A stretch of 64,000 nt of DNA from Pseudomonadota bacterium (GTDB lineage: Bacteria > Pseudomonadota > Alphaproteobacteria > Rhizobiales > Xanthobacteraceae): NCBI GenBank assembly GCA_021811945.1, contig JAKAPE010000001.1, positions 1,518 through 65,517 of the forward strand, given 5' to 3'. This document shows, piece after piece, positions 35,864-45,362 of the stretch (position 1 is the first letter of the stretch; the number at the start of each line of letters is the position of its first letter). Under the pieces are notes generated by a model. That model saw nothing but the letters and a program-made list of their open reading frames with translations, made no database searches and was not told where the DNA came from. Position numbers and translations under genes: made by a program.

Positions 35864-37789
35864 TCACAAGCTGCGCACGTCGGAGATGCCATTCTGGTTC
35901 AGGATCGCTGCCATGTTTGTCTTAGCGATATCATCCGTGATCCCTGAATCCTTGAACACGACGCGCGTGTCAGCCGCAGGCGCGAGTTCCGCGCGCCATG
36001 CAATAATGCCAGCACTGAGCGGCTCAATTACCTCCTTCGTTAGACCATCGGCGAGGCAAACTACTAGCACGCCTCCACCAATGGAATGGACCGCCTTCCC
36101 TGCAATGCTTCTCGTTTCGATCGGCACGCAGAGGTCGAGGCCGAGTTTGAGCAAAAGCTCATAGAGCACATCATCCTCGGCGCGACCTTGGACGAGATGC
36201 TCCGTGTTCTTCAGAAGGCTGTTCTCTATGTCATCTGGATCGGGCTCCCACGCGCGGATGTTCGAGGATGCAAGCTTAAAGACACGAAAGCCCGAATCAC
36301 CTTTGAAGAGCGGATTTTCTTCATCGACCCGTTTTGCAGAACGCCGGAGACGCTCTTTAGTCAATTCAGAAATTTTGCGCGGCAACTTCAATTTGTCACA
36401 AAAATCGGCCGCAACTTTCTGTTCCCTGTTGCTTGGGTCGAGCGGCTCGGGGAGCTGCACAAGCATATAGCGTCGCTTAACGCTTTCCGCAGCATTCTGC
36501 TTCAGCACCGCATGCCCTGTTGTCCCGGAGCCCGCAAAGAAGTCTAGGACTATGTCTCCATCCGCAGTGACCTGCTCAATAAGGCTTGCGATCAGTTCCG
36601 TCGGCTTCGGAAAGGCAAAGAGATCGACATCGAATAGTGATCGAATTTCCTGCGTACCGTCGGCTGTGTGAATTCCATCAATGATCGATCGGAACGCGAT
36701 AAACTCGGCGCGCATTTCATTGCGAAACTTCTTTTCGCGCGGCCTTCCTTGGTCGTTCTTAGGAAAGAGCACCTTACCCGCGGATATCAGTTCCGCCATT
36801 TTTTCCCTCGAGTAGCGCCATCCCGTTGAGGCATTCGGAGGGAACACCCGGCCTGTAGACGGCTCCACGATATCATAGTGGAGATTTGGCCGCTGATCGC
36901 GCGTGGCAAGACCGAGCATGCTCCGGCTCATCCAATCTCCACGCGGATCGTTATCAGGATTTCCAAACTTAGATTCGTCCCGCCCTACCCCCTTTAGAGA
37001 GAATCCGTCGTCCCTCGCATAAGCTAAAATGTATTCATGGTCAGTCGATATATTCGTATTCGCACGAGCGTCGGTGAATTGACGTGCTTTCCAAACGAAC
37101 TGCGCGACGAAATTTTCTTCGCCATAGATTTCATTCAGCATCAATCTAAGATTGGCCACTTCTCCGTCGTCGCATGAGACAAGGATGACACCATCGGGGT
37201 GGAGAAGATTCCTCGCCACCTTCAGTCGGGGATACATCATATTCATCCAGTCGGTATGAAATCTGCCGGATGCGTCGGTGTTGGAGCTGATTCTACGCCC
37301 GCCCTCTATCTGCCCGGTCAGCTCAAGATAGTTTTTGATGTTGTCGCTATATTTATCGGGATAAACAAAATCCTTACCAGTGTTGTACGGCGGATCGATG
37401 TAGATCAGCTTCACCTTTCCCGCAAAGCTCTTTTGCAATAGTTTCAGGACCTCAAGGTTGTCGCCTTCGATCAGTAGGTTCTGGGTCGTATCCCAATCTA
37501 CGCTCTCCTCCGGGCACGGAAGTAGCGTGCCGGTCGACGGCGTCAGTGCAATCTGCCGCGCACGACGCTTACCGTGCCAGTTGAGCCCAAATTTTTCATC
37601 GCGGCGATCAATCGATGAGCCGAGTAGCTCTCTCAACACGTCGAAATCGACCTGTCCTTCACCGAAGGCCTCAGGAAACAGCACCTTCAACGTCTCCAGG
37701 TTGGCGGCAACCAGATCAGCGCTCTTGGTCTCTGGGGCGTTCCAGTTCAATTTCTTGATTCCCGTCATCGGCGTCTGTTCCATGGTCAA
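35864..37789 (-). CDS. mod: Type III-like site-specific DNA methyltransferase (Mod, N6-A/N4-C beta class)
   Basis: IEGDNLEVLKLL...IYIDPPYNTG (motif IV) precedes VLDFFAGSGTTGHA (motif I), the beta-class order. Confidence 0.9.
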   Translation of the reverse strand: MTMEQTPMTGIKKLNWNAPETKSADLVAANLETLKVLFPEAFGEGQVDFDVLRELLGSSIDRRDEKFGLNWHGKRRARQIALTPSTGTLLPCPEESVDWDTTQNLLIEGDNLEVLKLLQKSFAGKVKLIYIDPPYNTGKDFVYPDKYSDNIKNYLELTGQIEGGRRISSNTDASGRFHTDWMNMMYPRLKVARNLLHPDGVILVSCDDGEVANLRLMLNEIYGEENFVAQFVWKARQFTDARANTNISTDHEYILAYARDDGFSLKGVGRDESKFGNPDNDPRGDWMSRSMLGLATRDQRPNLHYDIVEPSTGRVFPPNASTGWRYSREKMAELISAGKVLFPKNDQGRPREKKFRNEMRAEFIAFRSIIDGIHTADGTQEIRSLFDVDLFAFPKPTELIASLIEQVTADGDIVLDFFAGSGTTGHAVLKQNAAESVKRRYMLVQLPEPLDPSNREQKVAADFCDKLKLPRKISELTKERLRRSAKRVDEENPLFKGDSGFRVFKLASSNIRAWEPDPDDIENSLLKNTEHLVQGRAEDDVLYELLLKLGLDLCVPIETRSIAGKAVHSIGGGVLVVCLADGLTKEVIEPLSAGIIAWRAELAPAADTRVVFKDSGITDDIAKTNMAAILNQNGISDVRSL

Positions 37790-37816
37790 AGTTTCCGCTC
37801 CTTCTTCGCGACCGCT

Positions 37817-38812
37817 CTAAGGATGGAAGAAGCGATAGTGGTACTCGAGCGCAGCAGCGCTTGGGTGAAGTGCCGTCTTGGATGGGAGCGCAGGGCCTCG
37901 ACCGTCAAGTGCCTCATATTCTGATCCCTCCAGCAGCTTTGACACCTTCACGACAAACTTCTTTGGCTCGATAGAGATTAGAGCAAGATCGAAAAGTGTG
38001 TGGATGTCAGCACGAAGTAACAATCCATTAGAAACAGCGTTTGTTTTCATTCCTCGGTAGGGCGTGATATGGGCGGCTTCCAAGACCCAGAGAGTCTTGC
38101 ATTGCGTCATGGCGCATTGGGCGGCATATGCGGAGATAAGTTTTCGGCGGAACGCCCGTTGACCCAGGCGTCGAATGACCGCTGCGATTATTCGTTTTCT
38201 CCCGTCCGATATATTCTTAGGATCGAACGCATCTCCGCGTTCCTCCTCCTGTTGAATCAGAAATTCATCGAAGCGGCTTGGGCCGGGCACATGAAAGCTG
38301 ACAACAAACGCAGGTGGCGCCACTCCAATACCTGTGTGAACGGAACTTATCCCCTTCGGTCTTTCGGCAGCTCTCAACGCAAGAATGCGGCGTTCAAGGG
38401 AAAAACGTGCGTGAAATGACTTCCCAAACCTGAATATCAGGATATAGGGAGGATTGCTTGGGTCATAGACTGTCGGGAACCCGGCAGTCGTCGCCCAAGC
38501 CGGGTGCCTGCTACTATATTGATCGCGGATGCGCCATTCACCTCCTCTGCGCCGAGGATTTCCACTAAAGGCCAAATGCGCCACGCGGGTCCGATTACGG
38601 TCCGCCCCGGCAGAAATGATCACCTCGGTTTGCCCGCGAGCGTTTAGAAAATCATCAATTGGAAAAGCGTCGGTCCGCACACCGAGCGCGATGTGCATTG
38701 CGCCACCGCCTCGGCCGTGAGGGGATGCGCTCCCGTTCATCGCCCTGAAGTCGGTCGGGCTTATACGTCTCCAGAGCACCAGAGGATTCATTGTCTCCAC
38801 ATCCGGTGTCAT
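37817..38812 (-). CDS. HNH nuclease (HNH_2-type) with an unknown N-terminal domain of about 220 aa
   Basis: C-terminus CAMTQC..VLEAAHITPY....NGLLLRADIHTLFD fits the HNH_2 pattern. The ATG overlaps the DUF4391 stop (ATGA). Confidence 0.72.
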   Translation of the reverse strand: MTPDVETMNPLVLWRRISPTDFRAMNGSASPHGRGGGAMHIALGVRTDAFPIDDFLNARGQTEVIISAGADRNRTRVAHLAFSGNPRRRGGEWRIRDQYSSRHPAWATTAGFPTVYDPSNPPYILIFRFGKSFHARFSLERRILALRAAERPKGISSVHTGIGVAPPAFVVSFHVPGPSRFDEFLIQQEEERGDAFDPKNISDGRKRIIAAVIRRLGQRAFRRKLISAYAAQCAMTQCKTLWVLEAAHITPYRGMKTNAVSNGLLLRADIHTLFDLALISIEPKKFVVKVSKLLEGSEYEALDGRGPALPSKTALHPSAAALEYHYRFFHP

Positions 38813-39594
38813 GCATCATCCCCCGCCATCAATTGCTTATTCCGATCGATCGCCACCTCTATCGCTTTGATCTTCTGATTTAGATCTACTCGCTGGCTAA
38901 TCTGCTTTGCGCGCGCCGCCTGCGCTCGCAACTGAGCCGCCTCCCGCGCGAGGCGGGAGTGTTCTTCCAGCGCCATCCGCCGGCGGTCAATCAGACCACT
39001 TTCGTCCTTGATTTTGTAACTTCCCGACAACCGCGCGGCTGCCAACGCCTCAATCCGCGCAAGCCAGCCCCCATAGACAGTAGACAGATCGCGCGCGGGC
39101 TGGCGTTCGAGCGCGAGGCTATCTAGAAAAGCGCGCTCGACGGCCGGTGGCGCGTTCGGATCGATGTCCTCAGCGATCACGACGCGCTCGACAACAACCT
39201 TGTCGCCAACATTCTGCGCCGCACGTTTGGGCGCGACCGAGACAGCGAAGCCTCCGGCCCCCTTGGTAATCAAGAGAACCGGATACGGGATTGCGCGGTG
39301 AATCAACTCCGTCAGGCGCGCGGCACGGGCTTCGGGGCGAAATGCCGCGGCAATGACGGCGATCTCGGAATAGTCGTGGATATGGTCGTTGAACGCGGGA
39401 ATCGCAACCGTGTTCGGCTTGAGCACTGCAAGCCATTGCATCTCGTCGATGCCGTCCTGAATCGCTCGCTTATCGGCGGTCGTCGGGGCCCCTTGCTCCA
39501 CCAGCATCTTTTTGGGAACGCGCGCATCCACGCGCGCTCGCGACGGCAGGTCGAGAGCGGAGACAATTGCGGCGACCGTTGCCATTCCGGTCAT
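38809..39594 (-). CDS. DUF4391-like protein
   Basis: The position between the SNF2 helicase and Mod is typical for DUF4391. Pattern RVPKKMLVEQG..T..DKRAIQDGIDEMQWLAVLKP.T; assignment is from memory. 4-nt overlaps at both ends. Confidence 0.6.
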   Translation of the reverse strand: MTGMATVAAIVSALDLPSRARVDARVPKKMLVEQGAPTTADKRAIQDGIDEMQWLAVLKPNTVAIPAFNDHIHDYSEIAVIAAAFRPEARAARLTELIHRAIPYPVLLITKGAGGFAVSVAPKRAAQNVGDKVVVERVVIAEDIDPNAPPAVERAFLDSLALERQPARDLSTVYGGWLARIEALAAARLSGSYKIKDESGLIDRRRMALEEHSRLAREAAQLRAQAARAKQISQRVDLNQKIKAIEVAIDRNKQLMAGDDA

Positions 39595-42500
39595 GAGACC
39601 GCACTCGTCGGTGAGGGCAGGGCAACCAAGAATGCCACCACTTCGAAGTCGTTAATCCCTGCAAATTCACCCTTCATGGCGTGTGTCCCACCCATCTGAA
39701 ACAGGCTGGCGACTGCGCGCTCCTCGCGCTTTCCAACGAGCGTGCCCACAGCTTGAGCAAGCAGCTTTCGGTAGGACTCCATGTCGCGACCCGAGTGGGT
39801 CGCCTTGTCGAACCGCTTGTAGGACTCCTGGTCCGGCTGATCGCGCCCGAGACTGAGCTTCTTTAAGCGATCGAGCACCTGTTTCGCCTGCGTGTAGGGG
39901 AGCAACACCTCGCCATCCTCACCCACATGCACAACATAATGGGGCGCTAGCGGATAGCCTGGTTCGGCGACCGACAGCGCTGCATCCCCGACGGCCCGAA
40001 GGCAAAAGATCACGCCGGGCGGGATCGGATTCTCGCCGTCGCCGAGAGTCTCAGTCACCGCATAGGTGCCGAGCGGCAAGGAATCGAGCCGGCCCTTATT
40101 CGCTCGGAGATAACCGGCAAGATCGATACGGAAATCATTCAAGGTCAGATCGGCGATTGAAACGCCGCTCGACAAATCTTCCAGATCGATCACGGCGTCC
40201 TGGAGTTTCTGGAGTTGCGCGCGGCGATACTCCAGATCATTCATCTCGTTTCCGGCTTGAAACTCGATGACATTTTCCTCTCCCGTTGCCGATACATCCA
40301 GAAGAACCATGCGCCCGCTTACGCGGGACTCGAGATCCAGGTATTCGTCCAGCTCCATGTTCGGCCAGAAATTGACCAACTGGATCTTGGCGTTGCGGGA
40401 GCCAATTCGGTCGATGCGGCCAAAGCGTTGGATGATCCGCACTGGATTCCAATGAATGTCGTAATTGATGAGGTAGTCACAGTCTTGGAGGTTCTGGCCT
40501 TCAGAAATGCAATCCGTGGCGATCAGAAGGTCGATCTCGCCCTCCGTCGCAAGTTCGGCCGGGCGTTCCTTAGATTGCGGAGAGAAAGCACTCAGAATGC
40601 TGCTCATGTCTCCGCGCACGCCGGGCAACGTCGTCCGGTTCGATCCGGCACCGCTGACAACTGCACTGTGTAGGCCGAGTTCGGCGTGCGCCCAGGGCGC
40701 CAACTCACGATAGAGATAATCCGCGGTGTCCGCGAAGGCCGTGAACAGGAGAATCTTCCGATTGTTCTGGTTTATCGGTGAGCGAACCTTGTCCGCGATA
40801 ACCCGCCTCAGCGCGGCGAGTTTGGCGTCCCGTTTCGGGATCACAAGGCGAGCCGCCAGAAGAAGCGCTTCAAGGCGCTTGTGATCCTCGGCAAGGTCCT
40901 GTCGCCAACGAACACGGTCAACGTCTTGAAGCAATACCTTGACCTTCCGACCGACAAGCAAGGATTCGAAGGCCGGATCGTCGACGTCAACGTCGTCAAT
41001 CGGAATCTCGTCAACCGAGTCGTCATGCGCATCGATCTTTGCAAGCAGCGCGTCGACGTCGGCGAGTTGACGCTCTATGGTCAGGGAGAAGGACGCTACC
41101 GAACTCTCCATGCGCTTCAGGATATTCACCCGCAGCAGATGGGTGAGGCTCTCTTCGCGATCGACCTGTCGGAAAAAGCGATCGCCGCCGTGAATTTTCG
41201 TGCTGTACTTTTCGTCATAAGCGGCCTGCTTGTGCGAGAGCACGTATCGTAGTGGCGCGTAAGCGCCGAGAGTCAGGCGACGAATTTCATTGTTGACCTC
41301 ACGGATCGGCCGGAACTCCCCGGTGAGATCAACGTCGGCTTTGATGTTTACTGGCGGGAGCCGGTCGGGAAACTCACCGGTCTCCTCGATTCCATAATAG
41401 CGCTGCACATGCTTTCGCGACCGAGCAATAGTCAGCATGTCGAGGAGCTTGAAATAATCGAAGCCAAGCATGTCCATCAATCTGGCAGGACGTCGATCAC
41501 CTTCTGGCAATTCAAGCCACCGATTGAACTGCGCCTGCGCCTTGCGGATCGTAGCTTCGACACTGGGAATGCCACTGGCCACGAGGGCCACATCATTTCC
41601 TTCGGTCACGAATGCGATTTGGTTCTTTAGGTCGGCAAGACGGTTATTAACTGGTGTGGCCGACAGCATCAAAATCTTGGTTTTCACCCCCGACTGGATG
41701 ATCCGCTTCATGAGATGGTCGTAGCGGCTATCGCGGTCCTTATGGGTCGGTTTGTTCCGAAAATTATGAGACTCATCAATGACGACGAGGTCGTAGTTGC
41801 CCCAGTTGACGTGCGAGAGATCAATGTCCCCTGAAAGACCACCGTCGCGCGACAAATCCGTGTGATTCAGGACGTCATAATTCAAGCGATCTGGCGCTAG
41901 CACATTGCGGCGATCATTCGCTTTATAGAGGGTCCAGTTGTCGCGTAGCCGCTTAGGGCAAAGGACAAGAACTCGGTCGTTGCGAAGCTCATAATACTTG
42001 ATGACAGCAAGCGCCTCGAACGTCTTACCCAGACCGACGCTGTCGGCGATGATGCAACCACCAATCCTCTCGAGCTTGTCGATGGCTCCGGTTACGCCAT
42101 CTCGCTGGAAGTGAAACAGCTTCTTCCAAACGACGGTATTCCGGATCCCCGTGGCCGACTTGATGATTCGTTCTTCATCGAGCTCGTCGCCCAAATCCTT
42201 GAACATCTGATAGAGGATCTGGAAGTAAACGAGTGAGGGCGCCCGTTGAGAGCCCACATCATCCAGTACCTGCAGGAGATGAGCCTTCGCCGAGGGGTTA
42301 GGCTCCAAGTCATCCCAATTTGAACGAAACCATTCGGCGAAGTCTGCTGCCTCCGCGTCCGATTCGGTCGCTTGGACTAGCCCTAACCGGCCGGCGGGCG
42401 TCACCCCCAACCCCTCCGTTGTGAACGAACACGTTCCCAGCATCGCGCGGTGGAGAGAGGGTTTGCCGTCCACCAGAACTAATGACTGTGGTGGTGCCTT

Positions 42501-42803
42501 CCTGGCGTGGCGGATTTCGGCTCGTTTCTTGATCCAATCAGACGCAAGGCGGGCAAGCCAACGTCCGTGAAGTGCTCCCCTGGAAGCGATATCGGCATCA
42601 CCGCCGAATAGACCAGGCAGGACAGCGTCGGGCTCGCCGAGCAACAGTCGGCATCGTTCAACGCGGTCCAACGCATCGCGAAGCTCGGCGAAGGCGAACA
42701 AGGAGAAAGACGGGGAAACGAGGTCAATGCTAGCTCCCTGCGTCAACCACTCCCGCAGGCTGTCAACCCCTCGATCCGTCCCGCTATTCCGAACGAGCCT
42801 CAT
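39591..42803 (-). CDS. SNF2-family helicase with an N-terminal PLD-like (degenerate HKD) domain
   Basis: IADSVGLGKTFEA (I), VVIDESHNFRN (II), LSATPVNN (III), ATDCISEGQNLQD and WNPVRIIQRFGRIDRIGS (V/VI). The N-terminus IDLVSPSFSLFAF...CRLLLG resembles the PLDc_N_Snf2 type. ATG 42803 overlaps the RHH stop (ATGA). Confidence 0.88.
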   Translation of the reverse strand: MRLVRNSGTDRGVDSLREWLTQGASIDLVSPSFSLFAFAELRDALDRVERCRLLLGEPDAVLPGLFGGDADIASRGALHGRWLARLASDWIKKRAEIRHARKAPPQSLVLVDGKPSLHRAMLGTCSFTTEGLGVTPAGRLGLVQATESDAEAADFAEWFRSNWDDLEPNPSAKAHLLQVLDDVGSQRAPSLVYFQILYQMFKDLGDELDEERIIKSATGIRNTVVWKKLFHFQRDGVTGAIDKLERIGGCIIADSVGLGKTFEALAVIKYYELRNDRVLVLCPKRLRDNWTLYKANDRRNVLAPDRLNYDVLNHTDLSRDGGLSGDIDLSHVNWGNYDLVVIDESHNFRNKPTHKDRDSRYDHLMKRIIQSGVKTKILMLSATPVNNRLADLKNQIAFVTEGNDVALVASGIPSVEATIRKAQAQFNRWLELPEGDRRPARLMDMLGFDYFKLLDMLTIARSRKHVQRYYGIEETGEFPDRLPPVNIKADVDLTGEFRPIREVNNEIRRLTLGAYAPLRYVLSHKQAAYDEKYSTKIHGGDRFFRQVDREESLTHLLRVNILKRMESSVASFSLTIERQLADVDALLAKIDAHDDSVDEIPIDDVDVDDPAFESLLVGRKVKVLLQDVDRVRWRQDLAEDHKRLEALLLAARLVIPKRDAKLAALRRVIADKVRSPINQNNRKILLFTAFADTADYLYRELAPWAHAELGLHSAVVSGAGSNRTTLPGVRGDMSSILSAFSPQSKERPAELATEGEIDLLIATDCISEGQNLQDCDYLINYDIHWNPVRIIQRFGRIDRIGSRNAKIQLVNFWPNMELDEYLDLESRVSGRMVLLDVSATGEENVIEFQAGNEMNDLEYRRAQLQKLQDAVIDLEDLSSGVSIADLTLNDFRIDLAGYLRANKGRLDSLPLGTYAVTETLGDGENPIPPGVIFCLRAVGDAALSVAEPGYPLAPHYVVHVGEDGEVLLPYTQAKQVLDRLKKLSLGRDQPDQESYKRFDKATHSGRDMESYRKLLAQAVGTLVGKREERAVASLFQMGGTHAMKGEFAGINDFEVVAFLVALPSPTSAVS

Positions 42804-43006
42804 TTCTCGTGGCCCCTCCGGACACCGGTCGGTGCCGGTGGCTGATGGGAAGCCTGAGGCGAGCCATCGATGAATTGTCGAATCGCTTGTCGGATGACCC
42901 ACGAAACCGAAGCATCTTGCGCCAACGCGATCTCAGTCAGGGTTCGATAGTCCTGCTCTTCCAAGCTCACCGTCAGCCGTGTTGCCTTGCGAGGGCGCTC
43001 GTTCAT
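42800..43006 (-). CDS. Ribbon-helix-helix (CopG/MetJ-type) DNA-binding protein
   Basis: RLTVSLEEQDYRTLTEIALAQDASVSWVIRQAIRQFI is a classic RHH pattern. RBS is GGGGAG. It is translationally coupled to the SNF2 gene. Confidence 0.8.
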   Translation of the reverse strand: MNERPRKATRLTVSLEEQDYRTLTEIALAQDASVSWVIRQAIRQFIDGSPQASHQPPAPTGVRRGHEK

Positions 43007-43178
43007 CTCACTCCCCACGATTCCTGACCGAGCTTAGAGAGCGGCGCATCAAACATCAACAGAGTGATGCACTTTTCACCACTTTCCGAGAGCTACGGCG
43101 TATCCCTGCGATGAGCCTTGATTGGCAAACTCCATCGGCGACGTCGCGCAGGCGACCTTGATAGCTCTGGAGCACCGA

Positions 43179-44207
43179 TTATCGCGTCTCACTGTCGCGG
43201 CGCCCCCCTGGTCTCGCGCGTCGCGCCAGCGACCCGTCCCCAGATTTCCAGGCTTTGACGTTCTGCGCTTTCCATCGCAATGCCGGAGAGGCTGCTATCG
43301 CCGCGCGCACGGGTTCGGGCACATCCAGCGAAGACGGATCGATTTCTCCCCGGTCCAGCACTGCGTCCAGAAACGCCCGTTCTCCGGCCGTAAGCTGGAA
43401 AAGCGGTGCGAGCTTCTCCCGGCATTCGGCTGTGACTCTCTCAATCCAGCCTGCCGGGCCGCCGAAGGCATCGAAATACCGATCATGCAGGCACATGGTG
43501 AGCTTGCCGGTGATGTCGCCGACTTCGCATGCGATCGCGTCGGGCGAAGCTGTGCGCCAATCGAAGCTCTTGGCGCTCGCACCGATCATCAAGGTGGCTG
43601 CCTTGATCTTCGCCCAGTCGAGATCGGGCATGGCGATGATCCGATGTGCATCGAACAGATCGCGCGCGGCGCGCCGCGTGACCAGCGCGACCATCTTGCC
43701 GGCGACGATCTCATGGATGTCGAGAACCGGCACATTCGTCGCTTGGTACGATCCGATCGGCACCGACTCCATGCGATCCACGCCGTAAAGGGGGCCGCGG
43801 AAGAGATAGTTGATGTCGATCTCGATGGTCCCGGCGCCGCCGAGCGCGGAGGTGTAGCGGTAGATCCATTTGCCTCCCGCATGCTCCGACGGCTCGCGCC
43901 GCACGGCGTAGCCTTTCGATTCCATCAGGCGCTCGATTCGGTCTTCTAGACCCGGCCGGTCCGCATCCATCCGTTCCTTCTCAGTCGCGCCGACATAGTT
44001 GACGTCGATATCGACCGAGAGGCGGTCCAGATCGGAATGGAAGACGTTGAGTGCCGTGCCGCCTTTCAAGGCGATCCGCGGCCCGATCACTGCGTCGGCG
44101 CCGAAGGCGTCGAGAATGTCGATCAGCCGGATCACACGCTCCAGCGTCGCAGGCTGGAGTTGCCGCTCGGCCGCAAGGTCTTGAAGGGTTTCTCGCGAAG
44201 CGACCAT
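43179..44207 (-). CDS. abiEii: AbiEii/AbiGii-family nucleotidyltransferase toxin (type IV TA/abortive infection)
   Basis: IALKGGTALNVFH..LDRLSVDIDVNY NTase motif; 342 aa; coupled to the upstream AbiEi (TGATG). Confidence 0.85.
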   Translation of the reverse strand: MVASRETLQDLAAERQLQPATLERVIRLIDILDAFGADAVIGPRIALKGGTALNVFHSDLDRLSVDIDVNYVGATEKERMDADRPGLEDRIERLMESKGYAVRREPSEHAGGKWIYRYTSALGGAGTIEIDINYLFRGPLYGVDRMESVPIGSYQATNVPVLDIHEIVAGKMVALVTRRAARDLFDAHRIIAMPDLDWAKIKAATLMIGASAKSFDWRTASPDAIACEVGDITGKLTMCLHDRYFDAFGGPAGWIERVTAECREKLAPLFQLTAGERAFLDAVLDRGEIDPSSLDVPEPVRAAIAASPALRWKAQNVKAWKSGDGSLARRARPGGRRDSETR

Positions 44208-45019
44208 CAGACGCCTTCAAACGCAGCCTCGACGGCCTGCGGCGGGAGAAGCACGCGCCACGGGTCGACAAGTACGGCATGACCAGATTGCGCACCCAGC
44301 GCGTAGTGCTTCGATCGTGGGAGCCGCGCTCGAAGGCGTGCCAGCACCTCGTCGGTGACAGCGAGCGCGGCGCGCCGCTTCTCGAGCCACCAGCCGGAAA
44401 CGGAGGCGATTGAGCGATTGTCCAGCAGCTCGACATAATCGGCGACCTTCGCCGGGTCGAGATAGCGCACCAGGTCCAGCGATTTGAGGACTTCCTCGAC
44501 ACCGCCCGCGAGTTCCGGCCGGTGCAGGACGTCGACGATCGTGCGTTCAACCGCGGTCACGCGCACCGCCACACCCTGCCGATCCACGGTCGTGGTCAGG
44601 TAGTCCGCTTTGCCGGCCGTCACCAACGCCTTCGGCGGGGTGACGAAACGGCAGGCGCCGAAAGGCAGGTCTACAAGTTCGGTCCGTCCGGCGCTGATGA
44701 GCTGGACCTCGTTGAACTCGGAATAGGCTATGCCGTGCAACTCGAGTGCGGAGTGAAATCCGAGAACGCCATCGGCGCGCAGTTTGCTCGCCGCGGCGAA
44801 GCGGTCGATCACCATCCGGTCCGCCGCGAGATGGGCCGGGACGGCGGCGAACACCTCGCGGCTGACGCGCTTTATATTGCCGGCCCGCAGGTGATGCCGG
44901 AGCAGGCTGGTGACATTGGCCGCGCTCGTCGGATGACCGAAGGCCGCTGCAAACTCGGCCCGCGTGAAGACCGGGTGCGCGGATAGGAAGCTGGCCGTCT
45001 TGTGTTGGCGAGGCTGCAT
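44207..45019 (-). CDS. abiEi: AbiEi-family antitoxin/transcriptional regulator
   Basis: Its position and size upstream of AbiEii and its N-terminal wHTH-like region (FTRAEFAAAFGHP...) support the call. Start is ATG 45019 or TTG 45028. Confidence 0.75.
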   Translation of the reverse strand: MQPRQHKTASFLSAHPVFTRAEFAAAFGHPTSAANVTSLLRHHLRAGNIKRVSREVFAAVPAHLAADRMVIDRFAAASKLRADGVLGFHSALELHGIAYSEFNEVQLISAGRTELVDLPFGACRFVTPPKALVTAGKADYLTTTVDRQGVAVRVTAVERTIVDVLHRPELAGGVEEVLKSLDLVRYLDPAKVADYVELLDNRSIASVSGWWLEKRRAALAVTDEVLARLRARLPRSKHYALGAQSGHAVLVDPWRVLLPPQAVEAAFEGV

Positions 45020-45305
45020 GTCAGTCAATGATTCTGCTCTAGATTAGCAAATTATTTGCCCTTACAGAGCATATTTGTCAACTCTTCTTCGATAGGAAGG
45101 GGGAACCACGAGCATCGCCTCGGTCCCGAAAAATGTATCGTAGCGGGCAGGAATTACCCTTTTCGGTACACTTTCGCAAACCACCGATGGGCCGCGACGC
45201 CCATTGGGGGAAAGCCTTCCCCTGCGGCCGAGCCTGTAGTCTCGGCCGACCCCTTCTGCGGGGACACCCCGCAACGCCCCGAGAGTGAGAGTGCGGACGG
45301 GTTTT

Positions 45306-45362
45306 CCGTGACGGGTTGAGGGCTGGGAGAGAGGCTCCTGGCGCCCGTCGCGGAGATCCGCG
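45306..45362 (+). promoter_or_regulatory. Conserved structured leader, copy A (CGTGACGGGTTG...GGCGCCCGTCGCGGAGA) upstream of ardC
   Basis: Near-identical to 46431-46490. GACGGG/CCCGTC form an outer stem, and GGAGA (SD) sits at the 3' end. Confidence 0.45.

Noticed and set aside
43007-43178. Search for an operator-like repeat for the RHH protein upstream of its gene.
   Set aside because: Only short, low-complexity repeats (CATCAA x2, CACTTT x2) and a 5-bp hairpin (GTCGC..GCGAC) were found. Nothing is distinguishable from chance.
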